From assembly GCA_965263355.1 (NCBI GenBank), contig CBDHHL010000032.1, positions 2,048,001 to 2,112,000 on the forward strand: a DNA stretch of 64,000 nt. Direction: 5' to 3'. Origin of the DNA: Leptolyngbyaceae cyanobacterium. Lineage in GTDB: Bacteria; Cyanobacteriota; Cyanobacteriia; Phormidesmidales; Phormidesmidaceae. A program made the position numbers and the translations under genes. The notes beneath the pieces are model-generated. The model saw only the letters and a list, made by a program, of their open reading frames with translations. It was not told the DNA's origin and made no database searches. Shown piece after piece: positions 20,662-28,871 of the stretch. The first letter of the stretch is position 1, and every line of letters begins with the position of its first letter.

Positions 20662-21072
20662 ATGAATATGTTGGATAAAAATTCTCAAATCATTGATAGT
20701 AGGCTCTGCTGCCAAAGCTGTGGGAGAGAAGATAGGGTTAACCTACTTAACTGCTTTACCAACTGGCCTTATTGTTGCCAACGACCGATGGCAGTCACAT
20801 GGATAAAGTCTAAATCCAGGCTGGATCTAGCTATTAACTCGGCCATCGCTAATGGTCGCTTTTGTCTGGAGTTGTTTATAGCTATTCCACAGTTTTCTAG
20901 TTGGCAATTTTTTTGGAGAAATGAAGAGAGTGATTGCCCTTTAGGTTTAAATTGTTCCAGCAAAATATCTGTAGATAAAGGCAATAATACAAGTTGTACG
21001 AATTTTGGACAATGTCTTGAACAACATATTGAATCCGAGGGTCAACCTTACGAAATTCTTCTTGTAGAGTAG
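20662..21072 (+). CDS. Cys-rich hypothetical protein
   Basis: AAGGAG RBS, 10 nt after the TE stop; 11 Cys in 136 aa. Confidence 0.6.
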   Translation: MNMLDKNSQIIDSRLCCQSCGREDRVNLLNCFTNWPYCCQRPMAVTWIKSKSRLDLAINSAIANGRFCLELFIAIPQFSSWQFFWRNEESDCPLGLNCSSKISVDKGNNTSCTNFGQCLEQHIESEGQPYEILLVE

Positions 21073-21088
21073 TTGCCTAAACGCACCA

Positions 21089-22423
21089 CTAGGCTGGCCA
21101 ACGTAGCAGAACCACTTCTTCTTTAAGGTCCACTTCGGTTTTTGAGGCACGTCTGGTGCGGAAGAGGTCGATACCGATTAGTTCATAGCCGAGGTCTTGA
21201 GCAATTTGGGCTAATAGAGAACCGGTGGGAATATGCACCTGCAGGTAAGATGCTTGTTCACCGACGACATAGGCTAACTGAGCATTGGGGCGAAGGAGCG
21301 ATCGCAAATTAGCCAGGTGGCAGGCCATACCCCCAAAGTACAGCTTAGTGGCCCGAGCATACAGTCGAGAGAAGCCACTGGTTTTGCCTAACTCATCCCG
21401 GCGTTGATTGATGGTGTCGGCAATCTCTAAAATTTGCGGATAATTTTGAATCCATTGATCATCATCGTCATCTCGATAAACACTGCGGCTATTGGAACGC
21501 AATAGGTCATGCTTAATTGCTTGCAACCCTGCCTTATTTTCGACAAACCCCAATAAAACTGATTCTAGGCGGGTGGTACGGGTGTAATCTTTTTCATTGG
21601 GATAGGGGGGAGACGTAATTACCATATCAATGGAGCCTGGAGCAATATGCCGATGGGGTTGGCGAGCATCGCCCAGATATACGACTGCGGGTTGGCTGAT
21701 CAATGACTGGGTATTGAGACGATTCAAATCGTCAGCCATCACAGTGACTTGCCCTAGCCAATGATCAACCACCTGGGCATCTAGCTTGTGTTTACGGGCA
21801 ACGCTGACCTCCGGCGCAAACCGTAGATTACTAGCAACCACGGCTGAATTTGCCAGGGCCAGACGATAGTGTCCTAAAAAGGTGCGATCGCAAATACGAT
21901 CAATGTGTCCTAATAACGTCAGTACTTTTTGTAGCGGTCGTGGGCTAATAGCATCCTTAAACAGAAGTGCCGCCGCATCTGGAGATAATGTAGGGGCCAG
22001 ATGCGGCAGTAAGGCAATTTCCTCGTGAGCAGCTGTGGCAATGGTTTGAGCCGTTTGGGATAGAGCTTCAGGCCGAGATGACCAATCTAATTTTACACAG
22101 CAGGCAAAATGGGCCATCGGGTTAGCTTCAATCCCAACAGCAGACAGGCCCAGTTTTTTCACCTCGACCAGAGTTGTACCCGTTCCAGCAAACGGATCTA
22201 AAACAACAGTTGTGTCAGTTGCTTGAAATCGCTCAAGATAGTGTCTGACAAGATGGGGCGGAAAAGACAGAACAAAACGATACCAGCCATGAATAGCCCG
22301 ATCCTTAGAACTAAGCTGATTACGGGCTTTACGACCAAGCTCAAGGCCAAGCAGATCGGAATCAGATAACTTAAAAGATGCCATTGGCAACTGTAGTACA
22401 ACACTTGGCTTGACCCCATACAA
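21089..22423 (-). CDS. Orphan DNA amino-methyltransferase (SPPY, probably N4-cytosine)
   Basis: Motif I VLDPFAGTGTT precedes motif IV ITSPPY; no adjacent endonuclease; start may be the ATG of MASFKL. Confidence 0.88.
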   Translation of the reverse strand: MYGVKPSVVLQLPMASFKLSDSDLLGLELGRKARNQLSSKDRAIHGWYRFVLSFPPHLVRHYLERFQATDTTVVLDPFAGTGTTLVEVKKLGLSAVGIEANPMAHFACCVKLDWSSRPEALSQTAQTIATAAHEEIALLPHLAPTLSPDAAALLFKDAISPRPLQKVLTLLGHIDRICDRTFLGHYRLALANSAVVASNLRFAPEVSVARKHKLDAQVVDHWLGQVTVMADDLNRLNTQSLISQPAVVYLGDARQPHRHIAPGSIDMVITSPPYPNEKDYTRTTRLESVLLGFVENKAGLQAIKHDLLRSNSRSVYRDDDDDQWIQNYPQILEIADTINQRRDELGKTSGFSRLYARATKLYFGGMACHLANLRSLLRPNAQLAYVVGEQASYLQVHIPTGSLLAQIAQDLGYELIGIDLFRTRRASKTEVDLKEEVVLLRWPA

Positions 22424-22645
22424 ACTATAAAGACACCAAATTCAGTATGGATTAACGCAAAGGTTAGGCTAAGAGTTTGATACCTTAGACAAAGGATGGG
22501 CCAGGGGCAGTATAGCGGATGTCGCCTTTCAGTACAAATGAATTATACAAACGGCGGCAACCGGGTTTCTAATTAGCCTGGGCCGACTATTTTTTATGGT
22601 ATTGATGGGGACCTGGTTCTATTCGACTGTTTCAAAGCAAATCAG

Positions 22646-23329
22646 GTGAGACAGCTTCGACACAATAAGCGTGAACTCGTTATACGCTTCTCAAATTTAG
22701 GTCGCCATCACATTGCCGGAAGCATTACAAGCCTAGCGCGACTAGGCGCACTGAGTTTAGTGATTGTGGTGTGGTTAGGCTATCAACAAGCACCACTGCT
22801 ATGGATGGTTTTGATGGCTTTGGGCATTTTAATGATTATGGCAGAGCCATTTTTCCCAGCCCTTTACCCTGAAATTGCCACCTGCGTTTTTAACAAGGCC
22901 TTTGATCGACTAACCGTTATCCATGAAATTCCCCGTGGTCGCAAACGTCAGCGGCAAGTCAATCATTATCGCCTCAGTCATATCCAACAGGTACAGGTCT
23001 ATCGTCAGCGGATAGGGTTATGGCGATGGAACTATAGGATGCTTATCCGAGTATCGTCTCCAGCCAATACCGTTATTCATGTCAATGGTTTATCAGACCA
23101 GGTACTGATTCAAACTGGCATTCGTCCAATTCAGTTATTATCTAAAACCGTTCGCTATCATCTGGGCCGACGTACGGCTGTGGACTGGTCATTTATCAAG
23201 GTGCCCCAAGGGTTATCGCCCCCTGAGGTTGGTCGACGCATCGTTGCTCGTAACTCGATGGAAAAATTAGATAAATTTGATCTGCGGTGTTTAGCCCAAA
23301 CAATTGAGCAATTTATTTGGTCACCGTGA
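22646..23329 (+). CDS. Hypothetical membrane protein (two TM segments)
   Basis: Two hydrophobic stretches followed by a CxFxK..L.V motif. Confidence 0.65.
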   Translation: MRQLRHNKRELVIRFSNLGRHHIAGSITSLARLGALSLVIVVWLGYQQAPLLWMVLMALGILMIMAEPFFPALYPEIATCVFNKAFDRLTVIHEIPRGRKRQRQVNHYRLSHIQQVQVYRQRIGLWRWNYRMLIRVSSPANTVIHVNGLSDQVLIQTGIRPIQLLSKTVRYHLGRRTAVDWSFIKVPQGLSPPEVGRRIVARNSMEKLDKFDLRCLAQTIEQFIWSP

Positions 23330-23386
23330 TCCATCCTGCCCAACGTTCAATCGTGGGTTCAATCAGTGGCTTGCCCTACGATAAAA

Positions 23387-24262
23387 CTACAGTTCTGAAT
23401 TTAGGCAGGGGTTAGCCCTTACCATACCAAGACCTAAAAACGTTTTTTGGCCAATGCCACAGTAGCGGCTAAAGTTAGTCAACGCGTTAATGCGCTTAAT
23501 AATTAACGGATCAGTTGCAGCGGATATTTGAAACGTTACATTGCCCAGACAGCCGGTAATCGTTTCATTTTTGCCTAGGGGTACGGATATGGTGCGTAGA
23601 TTAAACGTTTTTGTCGTAATCGAGTTAACCGTATCAGGAGCAAAGACCAGACCACTATAACGGTTCCAACATTTGCGTAAACTGTGAAACACCGCTTCCC
23701 GTGTCGGTAGTGGCGACTCTTGTTCGCCCTGATGAAAAACAGCCGGGGTAACAAACTGAAAGATCAGATCACGGTTAGTGTCAGAGGCTCGTTCATAAAG
23801 TTTTTGATAGCTACTATGGCTAGACCATTCAGGGATATTAGCCGGTAGAAAATTGGTGACATGCAATCGCGCTGGTCCTAGATACCAGGGTTTACGGGCA
23901 ACTGCTCGCTCCAGACGTGGACTGATGTGATCAAACAGAGTGTCATCTAATAATGAAATCCGCCACCAGCAGTGGGACCCAGCTGGTACAGAACTATTAA
24001 CATATTGAAATTGGGTAGTTTCAAGCTGCTGACGTGGTAGCAAAAACTTTAAATTACGCGCTGATGTAGGTTGGGGTTGGGATGCTATTTGCAGAGGGCT
24101 GAGGGTAAAGGCTGGGTATTTGTAGTTTTGAAGTGATTGACCCAGCTCGCCATCAACAGCACTGACAAGAGCTAAAAATAGCCGATATAGGTGATGCCCT
24201 CTAAGGTATTGAAATGGGATGGTTGATTCGGAAACTAGATTAATAACTAAACTTTCAGGCAT
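23387..24262 (-). CDS. cas6: CRISPR-associated Cas6-family RAMP (I-D-like), orphan
   Basis: MPESLVINL start, FTLSPL, CWWRISLLD, FVTPAVF, C-terminal Gly loop YCGIGQKTFLGLG; no array or other cas gene in the window. Confidence 0.88.
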   Translation of the reverse strand: MPESLVINLVSESTIPFQYLRGHHLYRLFLALVSAVDGELGQSLQNYKYPAFTLSPLQIASQPQPTSARNLKFLLPRQQLETTQFQYVNSSVPAGSHCWWRISLLDDTLFDHISPRLERAVARKPWYLGPARLHVTNFLPANIPEWSSHSSYQKLYERASDTNRDLIFQFVTPAVFHQGEQESPLPTREAVFHSLRKCWNRYSGLVFAPDTVNSITTKTFNLRTISVPLGKNETITGCLGNVTFQISAATDPLIIKRINALTNFSRYCGIGQKTFLGLGMVRANPCLNSEL

Positions 24263-24550
24263 ACCGTTGGGTTTATAAACCGTGGTAGATATCCCTTTTT
24301 TCTTAGCCTAGTAGTTATGTCCGGGGAAGTAGTACTGTTCTCAGGTGTGGATCATATTTGACATAAATAACCCCAGCCTCACCCTATGGTCAGACTGGGA
24401 TACAGCAGACTATGTATAGCGAAAACGTTTAGACAAAAATGTTTCCAAGCGCAAATGTTTTGAGTTTTCCCTGACAACCACACAGCTGATGACGAAGCCG
24501 TATGCGCTTAAGACCTGAGGGAATGAATCAATCTAGGGTCAATATAAACC

Positions 24551-24748
24551 TTATTTAAGAAGACGAGTGAGTCGGACGTCATATTCGGTTGCTTTAGGAT
24601 AGTCTTTACCTGCCCTGAATAGCGCTGTATCGTGGGCATCGGTTCGACCGCTAGCGTTGATTTCATAACGAGTGGCCATAATCCGATCGACCGTAGGATT
24701 TTTGTCAGTGCATTCCTTTATATCAACAAACACTTCAAATGTGTGCAT
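24551..24748 (-). CDS. 65-aa hypothetical protein
   Basis: AAGGAGAG RBS before ATG; plausible composition. Confidence 0.6.
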   Translation of the reverse strand: MHTFEVFVDIKECTDKNPTVDRIMATRYEINASGRTDAHDTALFRAGKDYPKATEYDVRLTRLLK

Positions 24749-25049
24749 AATGGGCTCTCCTTATCCACCGGGTAGCAGTATCGGCGAATACTCAAGTATG
24801 TTGCGTAAATCCCAGATTGCTGATGATCTAGGGAACGATAATTGACGAATCTTGGCAGTTCGATACAACTTTTTTAGAAACATAAAGCGATATGCTATCT
24901 AAGGGTATCCACGGTCGACTCTTAGTGATCTAGAGATGAATTAGATTGCTTTAAGCACACTAGTTCAAAAGCTGTGCGGTATGATATCTCCCGAGTAGGC
25001 TGCCTACCTCCAGCCCGGTAGCTGCGCACACAATCATCGGAGAGTAATC

Positions 25050-25352
25050 GTGACTATCTACATTGGAAATCTGTCATTTCAAGCTACAGAAGATGACATT
25101 AGGGATGTGTTTATCGAGTACGGTGAAGTTGCTCGCATTACCCTACCAATTGATCGTGAAACTGGAAAACGTCGTGGTTTTGCCTTTATCAATATGGTTA
25201 ATGATGAAGAGGAAGACTTAGCTATTGCCGAATTGGATGGGGCTGAGTGGCTTGGGCGTGAGCTACGGGTTAATAAAGCTAAACCCAAAGGTGGTGATGA
25301 TAATAATCGCCGACCCAGCCGAAATAGCAACTTTTCACGTAATCCCCTGTAA
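25050..25352 (+). CDS. rbp: RRM RNA-binding protein (cyanobacterial Rbp)
   Basis: RNP2 IYIGNL, RNP1 RGFAFI, LDGAEWLGRELRVNKAKP. Confidence 0.95.
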   Translation: MTIYIGNLSFQATEDDIRDVFIEYGEVARITLPIDRETGKRRGFAFINMVNDEEEDLAIAELDGAEWLGRELRVNKAKPKGGDDNNRRPSRNSNFSRNPL

Positions 25353-25366
25353 ATCTTGGTCAAGAT

Positions 25367-26266
25367 TTAGCTCTGCAGCAGATTAATGACCATGCCTTCA
25401 TGGGCCAATAATAACTGAGGTTCAATTTCCTTGAGTTGATGTGCCAGTGCATTTAGCGTGGCATCGGTTTGACGGGGACCGTAATGAACCATCGCTAGCC
25501 GTTTTACCTGGGCTGCTTGGGCTAGTTCAATTGCAGCTTGCCACGGTTTAGTTGAGGAGGACGGTTTGATTTGATCGCACATGTCTACATACATGCCATC
25601 GTAAATCAGTAAGTCGGCTTGATGGGCAAGAAATAGAAGGTTTTCGTCAATGTGTTCATAGTCAGTATCGGTGGCATACACCACTGATCGGTTCTGATAG
25701 CTAAGCCGATATCCCAGGGCATTATTTTGGCCATTCAAACCAATGGGTTCGATGTGGGTGTCACCGATTTGAATAGTGTCGCCTGGGGTAATATCGTGAA
25801 ATGTCAAATTCGCCTGCATTGCCTGAAGTGGTAGGGCAAAGCCTGGCTTGAGCATCTGTGTAGTCAGACATTGCTTAATAGACGCCCCATTAGCAGCGGT
25901 GCCACCGTAAATATGAAAGTGATTGCCTGGTTCAAACGCTGGCAAAAAAAACGGAAAGCCCTGGATTCGATCCCATTGGGTATGGGTAAAGAATATATGC
26001 CCTTTTACGGGATTGGAAGCTTGGTATAACGTTTCACCCAGGACCCTGATACCGGTTCCACCGTCAAAAATAAAACGCTGCTGGTCAGTCAAAATTTCAA
26101 TACAGGACGTATTCCCCCCGTAGAACGCTGTGGCAGCACCTGGTGTTGGGACACTGCCGCGCACCCCCCAGAACTTAATTGAGAGGTAGGGTTGATGCTG
26201 TAATGTGCTTGCTTGACCTGACATATAGGCAGATACACTCACAGTGTATATCCCCAAATTGTGCAC
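25367..26266 (-). CDS. MBL-fold metallo-hydrolase-like protein
   Basis: FWGVRGSVPTP, YGGNTSC, YATDT; the metal motif reads THTQWDRIQG instead of HxHxDH; start uncertain (possibly MSGQ). Confidence 0.85.
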   Translation of the reverse strand: MHNLGIYTVSVSAYMSGQASTLQHQPYLSIKFWGVRGSVPTPGAATAFYGGNTSCIEILTDQQRFIFDGGTGIRVLGETLYQASNPVKGHIFFTHTQWDRIQGFPFFLPAFEPGNHFHIYGGTAANGASIKQCLTTQMLKPGFALPLQAMQANLTFHDITPGDTIQIGDTHIEPIGLNGQNNALGYRLSYQNRSVVYATDTDYEHIDENLLFLAHQADLLIYDGMYVDMCDQIKPSSSTKPWQAAIELAQAAQVKRLAMVHYGPRQTDATLNALAHQLKEIEPQLLLAHEGMVINLLQS

Positions 26267-26398
26267 ATGCTCATGGAAGTTTGGTCATCCTCCATAATGC
26301 CAAAATAAACAGTGGACACTATAGGGACACATTTTATACGTTGATGTGCCCCTATAATGCTTAATCCACTATTCCGAGAGTATTACCTCAAGACCGGA

Positions 26399-26908
26399 CT
26401 ACTTAGCAGCAGCAATACACTTTTCTACCAAAGGCTGGACGTCGTCCAGCCCTTTCCAACCTAAGATTTCAGTTACTTTCTTCTCTAGATTTTTATAGGT
26501 CTTAAAGAATTCTGCAATTTCATCTAGGCGATGGGAGGCAATATCGTCCAGACTTTTAACACCCGTATAACGAGGGTCTTTGTCAGGAACACATAAAATT
26601 TTCTCGTCACGATCGCCACCGTCAATCATTTCGAGCATACCGATAGGTCTAGCTGCAATAACGCACCCAGGAAATGTGGGTTCGTCCATGATGACCATGC
26701 CATCTAGGGGATCGCCATCGTCAGCCAGGGTATTGGGCACAAAGCCATAATCATAGGGGTACTGCACCGATGCATAGAGAACTCGATCCAGGGCAAATGC
26801 ATTGATATCCTTATCAAATTCATATTTATTCTTGCTGCCGCCTGTGATCTCGATCAATACGTTGATCAACCCAGGCTTAGGTTGAGCAGGAATACGAGAT
26901 AAGTCCAC
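26399..26908 (-). CDS. ppa: Inorganic pyrophosphatase
   Basis: NKYE, LDRVL, YPYDYG, DGDPLD, DEKIL. Confidence 0.97.
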   Translation of the reverse strand: MDLSRIPAQPKPGLINVLIEITGGSKNKYEFDKDINAFALDRVLYASVQYPYDYGFVPNTLADDGDPLDGMVIMDEPTFPGCVIAARPIGMLEMIDGGDRDEKILCVPDKDPRYTGVKSLDDIASHRLDEIAEFFKTYKNLEKKVTEILGWKGLDDVQPLVEKCIAAAK

Positions 26909-27015
26909 GATACTTCTCCAAATACTTACGATTCAGCCAGGATAAACAATTAAATCGCCTATCCCGATAGCATTTTAGGAGAAAAGGGAGCTGGCACCCA
27001 TGGTGTAGCTAGATC

Positions 27016-27201
27016 TTATTCGTTTGTTTGTATTGCGGAATAGGGCAAGCCGTTGAATGTGTCTATCGGTGTTGAGGAAAAATAGGCAACTGTGAACAGC
27101 GGCAGGGTCAACGTAGCAAAGGCAATAAACGTACCCAGGGCTTCTACAAACGGACTGTGGGGGGGTTCAGAATTAGACTCTAACTGACTGGCAGATTCCA
27201 T
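27016..27201 (-). CDS. Small single-TM hypothetical protein
   Basis: LGTFIAFATLTLPLFTVAYFS hydrophobic helix. Confidence 0.55.
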   Translation of the reverse strand: MESASQLESNSEPPHSPFVEALGTFIAFATLTLPLFTVAYFSSTPIDTFNGLPYSAIQTNE

Positions 27202-27504
27202 GCTGGGGGATGTGAAAAACCGATAAAAACAACTGGTGTATGCGCCTTAGGGCTTGGCTTATACGCCTGGAAAAGATAGATTCTAAAGAAATAACCCTAT
27301 GGTGGTCTATTCATCGAAAACTGGTTTCATGTCAGTTAATGTCACAACCTTGCATTTATCTTGCAATGCTCACTTGCTCCAAGGGTAACATTGCTTTGTG
27401 GATCTCGGCTCAGGGGAAAACACAAAACATATAGCTTGCTGGGCTACAGGGTCTTATGCATACAACTAGATAAATTAGATTTAGATTTCCGTGAGGTTTT
27501 CCGG

Positions 27505-27933
27505 CTAATGGGTTTGCTCAATTAGCTCTCGGATCACTTTAAGTTCATCCAGTACCTGACGCAGTAGTTGATGAGTCAAAGTTTCTGTGGGTTGACTAAT
27601 TTCGATAGTAACTTGCTTAATTCCTAAGACATCCTGGGCAAAGCGGGCTACTTCGTTGGGATGAAACATCAATGGATCTTCCTTATGTTGTCTTGACTCA
27701 GGATTAAGACGCTTGTGGTCAAAGGTGGGATTCAGAATTAATGTGTCGGTATTGGCATAGCGATACACTGAGGCGCGGGAACGATTAAGGACTTTTTGCA
27801 CCGCTTCAACACTCATCAAGTTCTGCGAGCCGGTTTCGGCAGGTTCGAGGGTATCAATGGCTGTGGTGATACCGTCTAATGCATTGACTAAATCGGACAT
27901 AGATATCCCAATCTGTGTTTTATGGTTAGACAC
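27505..27933 (-). CDS. Cyanobacterial HTH + coiled-coil protein (MerR/excisionase-like HTH; family often labelled resolvase)
   Basis: LMSVEAVQKVLNRSRASVYRYAN HTH; C-terminal LLRQVLDELKVIRELIE helix; start GTG 27933 or ATG 27900. Confidence 0.8.
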   Translation of the reverse strand: MSNHKTQIGISMSDLVNALDGITTAIDTLEPAETGSQNLMSVEAVQKVLNRSRASVYRYANTDTLILNPTFDHKRLNPESRQHKEDPLMFHPNEVARFAQDVLGIKQVTIEISQPTETLTHQLLRQVLDELKVIRELIEQTH

Positions 27934-28563
27934 ACCGTACTCATATTGAGCCTTATGTCAATACTTTGATGTCTATTGTTAAGACAGTAACGAGTTCTGA
28001 CTGTGGGTCAGGACGGCTAATTACAGTATTGACTGTCTTGAATTAAGACCAATAAAAATCAAAGTGAGTCTAGACTTAATCAATTGTATCTTAAATCAAG
28101 ACAAACAATTGCGATCGCATTTTCTGCGAGTTGTCAGCTCGCACTGATGTCACCTTCGATCTAAAAAAACATTGTCTAAATTTGGGTACCAACTTAAAAC
28201 GGGAAGTTTTCCTAAGGATAGACGTCAGAAGTCAGTAGCCAGAAGCCATATCCCTTCTAAATGCTGCATTGAGTCATCGTCAAATTGATCGGACAACTAA
28301 ATTCAATATTGATTCATCTTAGCTTAAGACTACTTTGCCTTGAAATGAGTCCCAACAAGAAAGTCATAGTCTTATTTTAAGATTTTTAAGTTTAATTGCG
28401 TCCAGTCTAATTGGGCTATCGGATAGTTTATTGGCTGTATTGATCGGAACGACGCTTCAAGTAACTGCGCCATCTCCGTCGACAGTAACGTGTTGAATCA
28501 AAATAAGACAAAGCTATATTGCACTAAGACTTAAAGTAAGACTTAGCTATCTTATTTTAAGTC
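27917..28563. repeat. Array 1 of 15-bp RTCTY-N5-RAGAY palindromes in four-site modules
   Basis: Best sites: 27971 GTCTAttgttAAGAC, 28035 GTCTTgaattAAGAC, 28088 ATCTTaaatcAAGAC, 28316 ATCTTagcttAAGAC, 28369 GTCTTattttAAGAT, 28528 GACTTaaagtAAGAC, 28549 ATCTTattttAAGTC. Confidence 0.8.
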
Positions 28564-28836
28564 AACTAAGATGCGTGCAATTGTCAGCCTATCTGTTGGG
28601 GGTAGGGCTTAACGGATGGCACCTTTTCAAGGAGTGTCACTATGTACTACAAATTATTTGTGCCGGGTGCGATCGCAATTAGGTTGCCGTGTGTTGGTGG
28701 CATGGGTGTATTGTGGGGATGCGATCGCGCTTTGGAAGGATGTTTTTGGCTTAAAAGTAGCTTGAAAATTTAGTCCATTTTTAGTCCAGTCTGATTTCTT
28801 GATCCTCAAAAATCAATAAAATAAAGGCTTTTAGAC

Positions 28837-28871
28837 CTTTGACTAGTTGCGTATACCGCAACTAGTCAAAG
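28837..28871. other. 15-bp perfect inverted repeat at the left edge of the accessory island
   Basis: CTTTGACTAGTTGCG-TATAC-CGCAACTAGTCAAAG, overlapping the stop of the TPR fragment. Confidence 0.6.

Noticed and set aside
24441..24478. Single 38-nt GTT...GGAAAC segment (minus strand) upstream of cas6 as a mini CRISPR repeat
   Set aside because: Only one copy and no internal hairpin; likely chance
24749..24810. Riboswitch upstream of the 65-aa gene
   Set aside because: A small hairpin is present but I see no convincing match to glutamine, guanidine or other consensus motifs
27505..27933. True serine resolvase with res sites
   Set aside because: No catalytic YxRxS motif or recombinase domain; only an HTH and a coiled coil
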